Source: an uncultured Candidatus Saccharibacteria bacterium (lineage in GTDB: Bacteria > Patescibacteriota > Minisyncoccia > Phycocordibacterales > UBA9973). Taken from it: a stretch of DNA of 64,000 bases. The position numbers and the translations under genes were made by a program. Numbering within the stretch: position 1 is the stretch's first letter; every line of letters starts with the position of its first letter. The notes under the pieces are model-generated. The model was not told where the DNA came from and did not search any database. It saw only the letters and a program-made list of their open reading frames with translations. The DNA lies in NCBI GenBank assembly GCA_964402895.1, contig CAYODR010000001.1, positions 53,641-117,640 of the forward strand. The letters run 5' to 3'. Below are positions 50,731 through 60,634 of this stretch, one piece after another.

Positions 50731-51792
50731 AGATATCTTTTCTACTTCGATATCACCAATAAGTACTGGGTCTAGATCTGATTTCTCATCTGTAATACGC
50801 ATCACATCTTTGTCTATCTTTTTGATTTCTTTAGATGAAGCATTGTATTGATTAACCACTGTCTTTATAGAGTTGCCAAGCTTATTATGATATTCCTCGT
50901 GCGCTTTTAAATGCTTACCGAGCTCAGAAACTCTTTTACGAATCTCTTTAGCACTCTCTTCTATTTGCATAGCTTTAAGGCCTTGTAGGACTGTCTGAAG
51001 GTATGCCAAGAAAGATGTGGGGGAAACGATAATCACCTTATGTTTTGAAGCTGCTCTTTGAATAAGGTTTTCGGTATCTTCTTGAATAGCTCCGACTTTA
51101 TTTACAAGCAAATCATAATAAATAGCTTCGTGGGGAATAAACATAAAAGCAAATTCCATAGTCCCATTTTCTGGTTGGATATATTTTGATGTCTCTGAAA
51201 TTCTTTCTTTGAGATCGTTTACAAATCTTTTTTCAAGCTTTTCTTTAAGTTCGGGGTCCTTGGTCTCACTAAGTCTGTTATAATTTTCAAGTGAAAACTT
51301 TGAGTCAATGGGAATGATTTTATCTTTTACAAATACTGCAGCATCTACTATTGTGCCATCTGGAAAAGTATATTGCATTTCAAAACCATTTGGAGGCAAA
51401 ATATTTTTAAGCAGTGTCTCAAGATAATATTCGCCAAGTATTCCACGCTGTTTTGGATTCTTTAAGATATCTTGAAGCTGTACAATCTCACTTGTAAAAT
51501 CAACTACTTTTTTGTTGGTCTCATCAAGTTTGGCAAGTCTTTCTGTGATGTCCGCGATGATTTTATTGGATTGACCAGATTGAAATTGCAAACTCTCACG
51601 AATGGTTTTTTCACTTTCTGTAAGTTTATAGTCTACGGTCTTTTGCAAATCAGCAACTTGTTGCATTAAAAGCTGAAAACCCGTATTTTGATCGTCTTTA
51701 TTTTCTATGGGTTTATTTTTCTTATTTAAAAAATAAACAAATACAAAACCTGCTATTACAATCAATATTAAAATTATTATTTCTATTGCCAT
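50725..51792 (-). CDS. rmuC: DNA recombination protein RmuC
   Basis: N-terminal TM, long coiled-coil, RmuC core (KQRGILGEYYLETLLKNILP…). Confidence 0.75.
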   Translation of the reverse strand: MAIEIIILILIVIAGFVFVYFLNKKNKPIENKDDQNTGFQLLMQQVADLQKTVDYKLTESEKTIRESLQFQSGQSNKIIADITERLAKLDETNKKVVDFTSEIVQLQDILKNPKQRGILGEYYLETLLKNILPPNGFEMQYTFPDGTIVDAAVFVKDKIIPIDSKFSLENYNRLSETKDPELKEKLEKRFVNDLKERISETSKYIQPENGTMEFAFMFIPHEAIYYDLLVNKVGAIQEDTENLIQRAASKHKVIIVSPTSFLAYLQTVLQGLKAMQIEESAKEIRKRVSELGKHLKAHEEYHNKLGNSIKTVVNQYNASSKEIKKIDKDVMRITDEKSDLDPVLIGDIEVEKISE

Positions 51793-51793
51793 A

Positions 51794-52519
51794 TTATTTT
51801 AATCCTAAAGCTCTTTCTAATGTATAAATCCAATCTTTCTCATCTTTGTCACTATTTAATTTTTGATCAAGTAACCAAGAAAGGTATCCTGGGTCTTTTT
51901 GAGCAACTTCATCAACAGTGTTACCTCTATATTTACCGAAATCTATCATTCTGATTTCTAGTGGATTTTTAGAAATCTCAATCATTTTTTCTAGGGCAGA
52001 TGATTCATCTAGAGAATACTTTTGCATTATTTCCTTGAGCTCAAATTCAAATAGATTTTCTAAAACTAAAACATCAGCAAATGCATCATGAGCTGGTACA
52101 TTTAGCTCCATACCAAGCGCATATCTTAAGTATTGCAACTTATGCATTGGATATTTATTTTCAATATCAAGCGCGCGGATGATTTTAAAAGTACAGATTA
52201 TATTTGTGGGAAAGATATCTTCATTTTTTAGCATTTGTTCATCAAAGGCGGCATTGTGCGCAACAACAATACTATCAGGACTTTCAAAAATATTTTTTAT
52301 ATCTTGATATTCATTAGAGTCTTTAAACACTGCTTTGTCTTGTACCATTTTATTGCTGATATGGTGTATAGCAGAACACTCATATGGAATATGAACTTTT
52401 GGATTGTATAATTCATTTAAAATTGGAGTGTCTACACCGCGTTCTTTTACTGCAAGCTGACAAAGTAGGTCGGTGGGTGTGTTTCCGGTTGTTTCTGTAT
52501 CAAAAAAGTATATCTTCAT
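51794..52519 (-). CDS. DEDDh 3'-5' exonuclease (DnaQ/Pol III epsilon-like)
   Basis: Exo I FFDTETTG, Exo II VAHNAAFD, Exo III HDAFADVL. Confidence 0.8.
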   Translation of the reverse strand: MKIYFFDTETTGNTPTDLLCQLAVKERGVDTPILNELYNPKVHIPYECSAIHHISNKMVQDKAVFKDSNEYQDIKNIFESPDSIVVAHNAAFDEQMLKNEDIFPTNIICTFKIIRALDIENKYPMHKLQYLRYALGMELNVPAHDAFADVLVLENLFEFELKEIMQKYSLDESSALEKMIEISKNPLEIRMIDFGKYRGNTVDEVAQKDPGYLSWLLDQKLNSDKDEKDWIYTLERALGLK

Positions 52520-52610
52520 GAAGATATTATATCATGGAAAATAGGGGAATAAAAAAGACCTCCTAAAATTAAAGCTTTTGCTTGTTAGTTTATTAATATA
52601 TAATAAAAAC

Positions 52611-53063
52611 ATGATTTCCGAACAAATTAGAGAAAAATTAAAAGACGCAATGCGCGCAAAAGATCAAAATACCCTAGACGCACTTCGTAGTGTGATAAGT
52701 GGTTTTACAAATGAATTAGTTGCAAATGGAAAAAGTCCGCAGGAAACGGTAACAGATGAAATAGCTTTGACTGTTATCAAGAAATTAGTAAAACAAAGAA
52801 AAGACTCTATCTCACAATTTGAATCAGCAGGTCGCACAGAGCTTGCAGATGCAGAAAAAGCACAACTCGTAGTACTTGAGGCGTACCTACCAGCACAATT
52901 AAGTGAAGAAAAAATTTTAGAAATAGCTCAAGCTAAAAAATCTGAACTAGGAATTACTGATAAATCAAAATCAGGAATACTCACAGGTGCTGTAATGAAA
53001 GAGGTTGCCGGCAACGCAGATGGAGCTTTGGTTAAAAAGGTAGTGGAAGATTTATTTAATTAG
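52611..53063 (+). CDS. GatB/YqeY domain protein
   Basis: YqeY-like helical domain (SEQIREKLKDAMRAKD…LEAYLPAQLSEEKI); start at the internal Met. Confidence 0.75.
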   Translation: MISEQIREKLKDAMRAKDQNTLDALRSVISGFTNELVANGKSPQETVTDEIALTVIKKLVKQRKDSISQFESAGRTELADAEKAQLVVLEAYLPAQLSEEKILEIAQAKKSELGITDKSKSGILTGAVMKEVAGNADGALVKKVVEDLFN

Positions 53064-53078
53064 TATTATAATGTTCAC

Positions 53079-53429
53079 ATGATTTTACTTAGATGGTTTA
53101 TAACAGCACTTACAGTTTTTGCCTTACCGCATTTTGTAAATGGTGTACACATAGCGGGAGTTGAAGGAGATGCTGTACTTACAGCAATGGTAGTAGCGGC
53201 TTGTTTGGTATTTTTACACATGGTCATCAAACCCGTCATCTCACTGTTAACTCTTCCGTTGAATATTCTAACACTGGGGCTATTTTCAATAATTCTAAAT
53301 GGAGCATTTTTCTGGTTTGTTTCAAAGATAATTAGTGGTTTTAGTATCACTACATTTACCGCAGCTATTATTGGCGCACTTATAATCACAATTATCAACT
53401 GGATAGTGGGGAAATTTATAAATGACTAA
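53079..53429 (+). CDS. phage-holin-4-family-like small membrane protein (YvlD-like)
   Basis: 116 aa, 3-4 TM, a pattern typical of the PF04020 family; antisense ORF 53075-53398 rejected. Confidence 0.55.
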   Translation: MILLRWFITALTVFALPHFVNGVHIAGVEGDAVLTAMVVAACLVFLHMVIKPVISLLTLPLNILTLGLFSIILNGAFFWFVSKIISGFSITTFTAAIIGALIITIINWIVGKFIND

Positions 53430-54315
53430 AGATATTTTTAAAATAGTAACTCATGATGGGACTTTTCATACAGATGAAGTATTTGCTTGCGCTGCGCTTG
53501 AATTGGTATTTAATGATAAAAATATTGAAATAATCCGAACTCGTGATCAAGAGATTATTGAAAGTGCTGATTGTGTAGTAGATGTTGGAATGATTTATGA
53601 TGAAGATACCTTACGCTTTGACCACCACCAAAAAGAGGGAGCCGGGGAAAGAGAAAATACTATTCCTTATGCATCCTTTGGTCTAGTGTGGAAAAAGTAC
53701 GGAGAGAAACTATGTCAAAACATAGAAATAGCGAATTATATAGATGAACAACTGGTTTCTTCTATTGATGCGGCTGACAATGGTGTAAAGTGTGACCGAG
53801 ATTGCATGAAGGGTGCTTATGTATACTCTATCGGAGATATCATTTCATCTATCAGACCGACATGGCAGGAAAACAGATCTATGGACGAAGCTTTTATAGA
53901 AGCAGTGTCTGTTGCTCGTAGTATAATCTCTAGAATCTTAATTCATGCAAAAGCCTATCTTGATTCTAAAGACTTTTTAATACAGAGCTACTTAAATGCA
54001 CCAGACAAAAGAATTATAGAAATAGGAAAAGAATACCCGGGCTGGTATGAAATACTTTCTCTCTATCCAGAACCTCTTTATGTAATTTATGAAAGAAGTA
54101 GCGAAGGTTGGGGTGTAAAAGCTGTAAGATCTGAACCAAATAATTTTGAAACTCGTAAACCATTTCCTGAAGCTTGGGCCGGACTTCGTGATGAAGAGCT
54201 CCAAAATGTCACCGGTGTAAAAGATGCCGTCTTTGCGCATGCAAGTAGATTCTTTGTAGTTGCTAAAAGCAAAGAGGGGGCCATAGAGCTTGCTCAAAAA
54301 GCCTTACTACTATAG
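53422..54315 (+). CDS. MYG1/UPF0160-family metal-dependent hydrolase
   Basis: VTHDGTFHTDEVFACAAL and DHHQ motifs. Confidence 0.75.
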   Translation: MTKDIFKIVTHDGTFHTDEVFACAALELVFNDKNIEIIRTRDQEIIESADCVVDVGMIYDEDTLRFDHHQKEGAGERENTIPYASFGLVWKKYGEKLCQNIEIANYIDEQLVSSIDAADNGVKCDRDCMKGAYVYSIGDIISSIRPTWQENRSMDEAFIEAVSVARSIISRILIHAKAYLDSKDFLIQSYLNAPDKRIIEIGKEYPGWYEILSLYPEPLYVIYERSSEGWGVKAVRSEPNNFETRKPFPEAWAGLRDEELQNVTGVKDAVFAHASRFFVVAKSKEGAIELAQKALLL

Positions 54316-54326
54316 GATGTAGCTAT

Positions 54327-55310
54327 ATGGCTTTTTCTATAAGTTTTCTAGATGAAATAACAATATCGGCAAGTGCTGGTCGCGGTGGAAATGGCGTCGT
54401 TCGATGGCGTCGAGAAAAATTCATCGCCAAGGGTGGTCCAAATGGTGGAGACGGTGGCCGCGGGGGTGATGTATATATCAGAGCTATCAGAAGTCTTCGT
54501 GTACTTGATCAATATAAAAGTAAAAAGGAATTTTTTGCTGAAAATGGAAAAGATGGCTCTGGGAATTCACTAGATGGCGCTAAGGGCGCTCGTCTATATA
54601 TAGATTTTCCAATTGGTTCTGTTGTCACAATTCTTGAAAGTGGTATTAAATACGAACTTCTTAAAGAAGGTCAAGAAATCAAAATTCTAAGTGGAGGTGC
54701 GGGAGGATATGGAAATGAGCATTTCAAAAGTTCTACAAATAGAACTCCTCAAGAATCTACAGATGGTAAAGATGGTGAAAGTGCGACACTACACATAGAA
54801 GTATCAATCATTGCTGATGCGGGGTTGATAGGTTTTCCAAATGCAGGCAAATCAAGTCTTTTAAATGCGCTGACGAATGCAAATGCAAAAATAGGTGATT
54901 ATCCTTTTACAACTATCAATCCAAACTTAGGTGATCTATATGGATATATTTTAGCTGATATCCCAGGTCTTATTGAAGGCGCAAGTGATGGTAAAGGATT
55001 GGGGCATAATTTCTTAAGACATATTTCAAGGACAAAAGTTTTAATACATTTAGTATCTTTTGAAAATCCTGATATGGTTCAGGCTTATAAAACAATCCGC
55101 GCTGAATTAGAAAAATATGGAAATAATTTATCTGAAAAAGAAGAGATTATTCTTTTAACAAAATCAGATACAGTATCAGATGAGATTGTCCAAAAAGCAG
55201 AAAAAGACTTCAAGAAAATAAATAAAAATATATTTTCTATCAGTCTTTTTGATGATGAGGCAGTTAAAGATTTTAGTGACAAACTCATAGGGTTTTTGAA
55301 AGATAATTAG
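54327..55310 (+). CDS. obg: GTPase Obg
   Basis: Gly-rich Obg fold (GGNGVVRWRREKFIAKGGPNGGDGGRGGDVY), G-domain GFPNAGKSSL, DIPGLIEGA. Confidence 0.9.
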   Translation: MAFSISFLDEITISASAGRGGNGVVRWRREKFIAKGGPNGGDGGRGGDVYIRAIRSLRVLDQYKSKKEFFAENGKDGSGNSLDGAKGARLYIDFPIGSVVTILESGIKYELLKEGQEIKILSGGAGGYGNEHFKSSTNRTPQESTDGKDGESATLHIEVSIIADAGLIGFPNAGKSSLLNALTNANAKIGDYPFTTINPNLGDLYGYILADIPGLIEGASDGKGLGHNFLRHISRTKVLIHLVSFENPDMVQAYKTIRAELEKYGNNLSEKEEIILLTKSDTVSDEIVQKAEKDFKKINKNIFSISLFDDEAVKDFSDKLIGFLKDN

Positions 55311-55489
55311 TTAGAATCTTTTTTACTTTCTTTAACATTTTCTTTCGGGGCATGGTCATCTCTAAAAGGTGACCAGCTTTCTTCTTCTTGATCTTCGGGA
55401 TAACTTCCTAATACTGGAATGTAGGGAATACCCCCATAAAGTACGGGGGCACTAGCCTCCATAGCTTTTTCTTTTTTTGGATTTTTCAT
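55307..55489 (-). CDS. possible small acidic protein (60 aa), doubtful
   Basis: ORF convergent with obg and overlapping it by 4 nt; contains GC hairpin tacccccataaagtacgggggca; no supporting motif. Confidence 0.2.
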   Translation of the reverse strand: MKNPKKEKAMEASAPVLYGGIPYIPVLGSYPEDQEEESWSPFRDDHAPKENVKESKKDSN

Positions 55490-55583
55490 TTTTTTAAATT
55501 TGTCTATAAACTAACACACTTTTTTGAATAAGTCAAAAAATAATAATGTGGTTAAATAATCTTTTTCATGTATAATATTTTTT

Positions 55584-56984
55584 ATGCAAGATAAATACTA
55601 TCCAATCATCGGCCTTGAAATACATGCAGAACTTAAAACACAGAGCAAAATGTTTTGCGCATGTAAAAATGATCCAAATGAAGAAACCCCAAACAAAAAT
55701 ATCTGTCCTATATGCATGGGTCATCCTGGAACACTTCCCACGGTAAATAAAAAAGCTATTGAAAATGTCATCAAAGTTGGATTGGCACTAGATGGCGATA
55801 TCGCAGACTTTACAGAATTTGATAGAAAAAATTATTTTTATCCAGATATTCCAAAAGGTTATCAAATATCTCAATATAAATATCCAATTGTTTCTGGCGG
55901 TAAATTAAACGGTGTAGATATAACCAGAATACATTTAGAAGAAGATACTGGTCTATCTAAACATGAAGATGATGGAACTCTTGTTGACTACAATAGAGCG
56001 GGTATCCCTCTAATGGAACTAGTAACTGAGCCTGTCATAAGGTCCGCTAAAGAAGCTGCTGATTTTGCTCGCGAATTGCAATTATTGCTAAAAACTCTTG
56101 GTGTATCTGATGCAAATCTAGAAAAAGGCGAGATGAGAGTAGAGCCAAATATTTCTGTATCAAAAGATCCAAATAAGTGGGGGACTAAAGTTGAAGTTAA
56201 AAACCTAAACTCTTTTAAAAGTGTTGAGAAGGCTATAATCTTTGAACTAGAAAGAATGGTTGCGCTTTATGAAGAAGGTAAAGAATCTGAAATAATACAA
56301 GAAACCCGTGGCTGGGATGAAAACAAACAATCAACTTTTTCTCAAAGATCAAAAGAAAATGCAAATGATTATAGATATTTCCCCGATCCAGACATTCCAA
56401 AAATGAAATTGCATGAAATTTTTGACTTAGTTGAATTTAAAAATTCTCTCCCTGAACTTCCATGGAAAAGAAGAAGTAGGTTGATTAAAGACTATGAGCT
56501 CACGCAAGATGAGGCAAATATTTTAACTGCAGACTTTGAGATCTATAAATATTTTATTGCTCATACAGAAAAAATCTCAGATAAAAAACAAATCAAAATG
56601 TCAGCGAATTATATTTTGAATGACATCAGAAACACTTATCAAAATGTACCGCTTAATCTATCTCTAGAAATAATCAAAATGGTTGGTCATGATGAATTGA
56701 CATCAAGAGCGGCTAAAGATATTTATTTAGCTATTTCAAATGGAGAATCTATAGATAACGTAAAAGATTATGCAGAGTCAAAAGGTTTGATTCAAAAAAA
56801 TAATGAGGGGGATTTGATACCTATAATCCAAGATGTGATAAATCAAAATCAAAAAATCGCTGATGACTATAAAGGTGGTAAAGAGCCCGCACTTCAAGCA
56901 TTACTTGGTCTTACTATGCGCGCCACAAAAGGAAGTGCTAATCCAAATCTAGCTACAAAAATACTTAAGGATTTATTAAAATAA
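55584..56984 (+). CDS. gatB: Asp/Glu-tRNA amidotransferase subunit B
   Basis: IGLEIHAELKT…CPICMGHPGTLP, C-terminal YqeY-like tail; extended -10 TGTATAAT only ~8 nt before the ATG. Confidence 0.9.
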   Translation: MQDKYYPIIGLEIHAELKTQSKMFCACKNDPNEETPNKNICPICMGHPGTLPTVNKKAIENVIKVGLALDGDIADFTEFDRKNYFYPDIPKGYQISQYKYPIVSGGKLNGVDITRIHLEEDTGLSKHEDDGTLVDYNRAGIPLMELVTEPVIRSAKEAADFARELQLLLKTLGVSDANLEKGEMRVEPNISVSKDPNKWGTKVEVKNLNSFKSVEKAIIFELERMVALYEEGKESEIIQETRGWDENKQSTFSQRSKENANDYRYFPDPDIPKMKLHEIFDLVEFKNSLPELPWKRRSRLIKDYELTQDEANILTADFEIYKYFIAHTEKISDKKQIKMSANYILNDIRNTYQNVPLNLSLEIIKMVGHDELTSRAAKDIYLAISNGESIDNVKDYAESKGLIQKNNEGDLIPIIQDVINQNQKIADDYKGGKEPALQALLGLTMRATKGSANPNLATKILKDLLK

Positions 56985-57026
56985 GCTTTTACCAAAAGCT
57001 TATTTTGTGCTATATTCATTTCACTT

Positions 57027-58811
57027 ATGGAAAATATCCGAAACTTTAGTATCATTGCCCATATTGATCACGGGAAAAGTACTCTGTCAGACAGAATGCT
57101 TGAAGTGACGAATACTATTGAAAGTCGCAAAATGCGTGACCAAGTACTAGACAATATGGAGCTTGAAAGAGAAAGAGGTATCACGATCAAAATGCAACCT
57201 GTGCGTATGTCATACCAGCTAGACGGCAAGAATTATGATTTAAATCTAATAGACACACCGGGGCACATAGATTTCTCATATGAAGTTTCTCGTGCACTTA
57301 AAGCCGTAGAGGGGTCTCTCTTACTTGTAGACTCTACACAAGGTGTGCAAGCTCAAACACTAACAACATTAAATATGGCTAAAGAATCTGGTCTAGTGAT
57401 AATTCCATGTCTGACTAAAGTAGATTCTCCACTTGCTCGTATTGATGATGTAAAAAGTGAAATATGTGAACTCATTGGCTGTGAATATGAAGATATTATG
57501 GAAGTATCTGGAAAAACAGGTCAAGGAGTAAAAGAATTAATTGAGCGAGTAATCAGAGATATTCCTGCACCTAAAAAAATAGACACACCGAACCCACAAG
57601 CTTTAATTTTTGACTTTTCTTATTCAAACCATAAGGGTGTAATAGTTTTTGTCAGAATGTTTTCGGGTAGTATAAAAAAGGGTGATACACTTTCTTTTGC
57701 TTCTGCTAAGCAAAATTTTCAAAATTTAGAAGTTGGAGCATTTAAACCAGAAGCAACCGCAACCAATACTCTTGAAGCTGGTCAGATAGGCTACATCGTG
57801 ACAGGTATTAAGAGTCCGGGTATTGCTTCTGTCGGAGACACTATTATAGATCCCAAAAAACCAAATCCTACACTTTCAGGATACGAACAACCGAGGCCCG
57901 TTGTCTGGGCGTCTATTTATCCGGAAGGACAAGAAGACTTTGATGAACTGAGGCTCGCGCTTAGCAAGCTTAGATTGTCTGATAGTGCATTTTCTTATGA
58001 AGAAGAAGTCTCTGGAGCACTTGGTCGTGGGTATAGAGCTGGATTTTTAGGAATGCTTCACTTAGAAATAATCACGGAAAGACTTCGTAGAGAATTCAAT
58101 CTTGATTTGATTGTGACAATGCCATCTATCACATACGAAGTGACTCTTAAAAATAAACAAGTAGTCCAAGTATATTCACCACATCTTTTCCCGGACGATG
58201 GACAAATACTAAGTGTACGCGAACCATGGGTAAATATATCTATCATCACACCACTTGATTATGTAGGCCCGCTTATGCCATTTTTATACGAACACGAAGC
58301 AGAAGTTGGAGATATTGACCAATTTGGTGGCGACAGATCAAAAATAACCGCCCTAATACCGCTCAGAGAGCTCATGAGGGGCTTCTTTGATGAATTAAAG
58401 AGTCTGACATCGGGTTATGCATCTATTGCCTATGATGGCGGTGAAATGCGTGATGCCGATGTAGTGCGCATGGATATAATAGTAGGAGATGAACCTATGC
58501 ATGCATTTACTCGTGTAGTCTCAAGAAGGCGCGCACAAACAGAAGCTGACACTTTCACAGAAAAACTCGAAGGACTATTGCCCAGACAGCAAGTTGTGAT
58601 GAAAATCCAAGCAAAAGTTTTGGGTAGAATTATTTCTTCTCAAACAATGAAAGCATTTAGAAAAGATGTGACGGGACATTTATATGGTGGTGATGTATCT
58701 AGAAAAAACAAATTACTAGACAAACAAAAGAAGGGGAAGAAAAAGATGCGTGAGCATGCAAAAGTAAATATACCCCAAGAGGTATTTATCAAAGTAATGA
58801 AGCAGCAGTAG
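57027..58811 (+). CDS. lepA: elongation factor 4 (LepA)
   Basis: IRNFSIIAHIDHGKSTLSDR, DTPGHIDF, LepA C-terminal domain. Confidence 0.95.
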   Translation: MENIRNFSIIAHIDHGKSTLSDRMLEVTNTIESRKMRDQVLDNMELERERGITIKMQPVRMSYQLDGKNYDLNLIDTPGHIDFSYEVSRALKAVEGSLLLVDSTQGVQAQTLTTLNMAKESGLVIIPCLTKVDSPLARIDDVKSEICELIGCEYEDIMEVSGKTGQGVKELIERVIRDIPAPKKIDTPNPQALIFDFSYSNHKGVIVFVRMFSGSIKKGDTLSFASAKQNFQNLEVGAFKPEATATNTLEAGQIGYIVTGIKSPGIASVGDTIIDPKKPNPTLSGYEQPRPVVWASIYPEGQEDFDELRLALSKLRLSDSAFSYEEEVSGALGRGYRAGFLGMLHLEIITERLRREFNLDLIVTMPSITYEVTLKNKQVVQVYSPHLFPDDGQILSVREPWVNISIITPLDYVGPLMPFLYEHEAEVGDIDQFGGDRSKITALIPLRELMRGFFDELKSLTSGYASIAYDGGEMRDADVVRMDIIVGDEPMHAFTRVVSRRRAQTEADTFTEKLEGLLPRQQVVMKIQAKVLGRIISSQTMKAFRKDVTGHLYGGDVSRKNKLLDKQKKGKKKMREHAKVNIPQEVFIKVMKQQ

Positions 58812-58911
58812 AGATTATTGGAATAATGGTAGGATTGTAAAAATAATCATTGAAGCAATCATAAGTGCTCCGATAATTTTCCATACCCATTCCACCTTTT
58901 TTCTGTTATTA

Positions 58912-59310
58912 TTGAAAAGCATATGTATATGCTATCACGATATGAGCAAAATGCAATTAAACAAGAAAAATAAAAGGCTAACATATAAAAGTATTTTTAG
59001 CTTAATATTTGCTTTGACAGCATTTTTTATACTACTTACATCTATTATAAATCTCTCTGAAAAATATTTTAATTTAAAAAATAGAAATAGTGATCTTATA
59101 GAAGAAAAAGGTAATCTTCAAAAAAAGGAAGAAATTTTAATATTTCAAAATAATGCAGCTAAAACAAATACAGGACAAACACTTCTTTTAAGGGGAAAAT
59201 ACAATTCTGTAAGTGAGGGTGAAGAACTTATAATTATCACTGATTTAGAGGGCGATAAATACCCAGAAGAAGCCCCTAAAAAGTCTAAAAAATGGTGGTA
59301 CATTTTTTAA
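58912..59310 (+). CDS. FtsB/DivIC-like septum formation initiator (TM + coiled coil), hypothetical
   Basis: One TM (IFSLIFALTAFFILLTSII) followed by a leucine-zipper-like coiled coil (NLKNRNSDLIEEKGNLQKKEEIL). Confidence 0.4.
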   Translation: MKSICICYHDMSKMQLNKKNKRLTYKSIFSLIFALTAFFILLTSIINLSEKYFNLKNRNSDLIEEKGNLQKKEEILIFQNNAAKTNTGQTLLLRGKYNSVSEGEELIIITDLEGDKYPEEAPKKSKKWWYIF

Positions 59311-59335
59311 AACCATTATGTTATAATTCTAGTAT

Positions 59336-59569
59336 ATGAAAAAAGTTATAATTTATAGTACAGATACATGTCATTACTGCAATCTTGCAAAAGATTACTT
59401 TAAAAGAAATAATGTGGAATATACAGAATATAATGTAGGTAAAGACATTGAAAAGAGAAAGGAAATGTTTGAGCTTACACATCAAATGGGTGTTCCTGTA
59501 ATCAGAATAGACAACGCTGCTATTGTTGGTTTTCAAGAATCAAAAATAGAAGAATTGCTAGCTGCATAG
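59336..59569 (+). CDS. glutaredoxin-like protein (NrdH/Grx family)
   Basis: 77 aa, CHYC redox motif, thioredoxin fold. Confidence 0.8.
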   Translation: MKKVIIYSTDTCHYCNLAKDYFKRNNVEYTEYNVGKDIEKRKEMFELTHQMGVPVIRIDNAAIVGFQESKIEELLAA

Positions 59570-59600
59570 CATAAAATAAAATGAGAGCTTTAAGCTCTCT

Positions 59601-59672
59601 GCCCCTGTAATTCAATGGATAGAATAGTCCCGTCCTAAGGGAGAAATGTGGGTTCGATTCCTGCCAGGGGCA
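59601..59672 (+). tRNA. tRNA-Arg (anticodon CCU)
   Basis: Manual fold: acceptor GCCCCTG/CAGGGGC, D-arm ATTC-AATGGATA-GAAT, anticodon loop GT-CCT-AA, T-arm with TTCGATT loop, discriminator A, no encoded CCA. Confidence 0.8.
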
Positions 59673-59700
59673 CAAAATTAATAAATAATTTTAATATGAT

Positions 59701-60114
59701 ATGAAAATATATTTTGGTGGATCTATTAGAGGCGGGAGAGATGATAAAGATCTATATCTTGAAATTATAAAACTACTTGAAAAATATGGGAGTGTACTGA
59801 CTGAACATATAGGAGATAAAACATTATCGGCATTAGGAGAAAGTGGCCCATCTGATAAATTTATCTATGAAAGAGATATGGATTGGTTAGAAGAATCTGA
59901 TGTTGTTGTTGCAGAGGTTACTACACCTAGCTTAGGTGTAGGATATGAAATTGGAAAAATAGAATTAAAAAAACCTGTTCTTTGTATATATCGCGAACAA
60001 GAAAATAAAAGACTTTCCGCTATGATTAGTGGGAATGAAAATATTAAAATCAAAAAATATAAAGATATAACAGAATTAAAAGAAATATTAGAAGATTTTT
60101 TTATGAATCTTTAA
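59701..60114 (+). CDS. 2'-deoxynucleoside 5'-phosphate N-hydrolase (DNPH1/Rcl-like; nucleoside 2-deoxyribosyltransferase superfamily)
   Basis: MKIYFGGSIRGGRDD…VLTEH…ERDMDWLEESDVVVAEVTTPSLGVGYEIGK…KPVLCIY…RLSAMI matches the DNPH1 active-site pattern. Confidence 0.7.
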   Translation: MKIYFGGSIRGGRDDKDLYLEIIKLLEKYGSVLTEHIGDKTLSALGESGPSDKFIYERDMDWLEESDVVVAEVTTPSLGVGYEIGKIELKKPVLCIYREQENKRLSAMISGNENIKIKKYKDITELKEILEDFFMNL

Positions 60115-60144
60115 TATTAAATAATAAATTGTTATAATCAAAAC

Positions 60145-60420
60145 ATGGATATAGAAAAAAGGATTGAAATCTTAGAAAAGAAAATAGATAAAATCTATAT
60201 AAAAGTAGATAAGCTTTATTCTGCTCAGCAAAGAGCTAGTGCATTTTCTTGGCTGAAATGGATTATTATCATTTCAGTTTTTCTAGTAGTTGCATCATAT
60301 ATGCGTCCTTATGTAAATCAAGTGATCAATATGTATAAAACAGTGTTAGATATGAATACTCAAATATCTGATACGAAAGGGGAATATCAAGACATTATAA
60401 ACCAATTTCTAAAACAATAA
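60145..60420 (+). CDS. small coiled-coil/TM protein, hypothetical
   Basis: N-terminal coiled coil, central TM (WLKWIIIISVFLVVASY). Confidence 0.45.
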   Translation: MDIEKRIEILEKKIDKIYIKVDKLYSAQQRASAFSWLKWIIIISVFLVVASYMRPYVNQVINMYKTVLDMNTQISDTKGEYQDIINQFLKQ

Positions 60421-60490
60421 TCAAGTTGCGAAAAGGTATATTTTGGGGTATATTTTACAGGTACTTTTTTAATTTTTTACTTAGATATTT

Positions 60491-60633
60491 TGCTTGGTTA
60501 ACTCCAGTTGTAGCGTTCTCAATTGAAGGTATGCTAGGTTAATTGATAATATAATAAATACTGCTTGGTATAGATTCAGTTGTAGCGTTCTCAACTGAAG
60601 GTATGCTAGGTTAATTGATAATATAATAAATAC
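60491..60633 (+). repeat. two tandem 71/72-bp units = degenerate tRNA-Phe 5' half + tRNA promoter region
   Basis: Units start tgcttgg at 60491, 60562 and 60634 (the last is the real tRNA). Each carries CAGTTGTAGCGTTCTCAA(t/c)TGAAGG, resembling the tRNA D-arm and anticodon arm, plus the identical 32-nt tatgctaggttaattgataatataataaatac. Confidence 0.7.
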
Positions 60634-60634
60634 T

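Noticed and set aside
53075-53398. Minus-strand ORF 53075-53398
   Set aside because: It is antisense to the holin-like membrane protein gene, which has a clean multi-TM profile.
59576-59600. Palindrome gagagctttaagctctc before tRNA-Arg as a separate regulatory site
   Set aside because: It is most simply the nrdH-like gene's terminator hairpin abutting the tRNA. It has no U-run but no other evidence for a distinct function.
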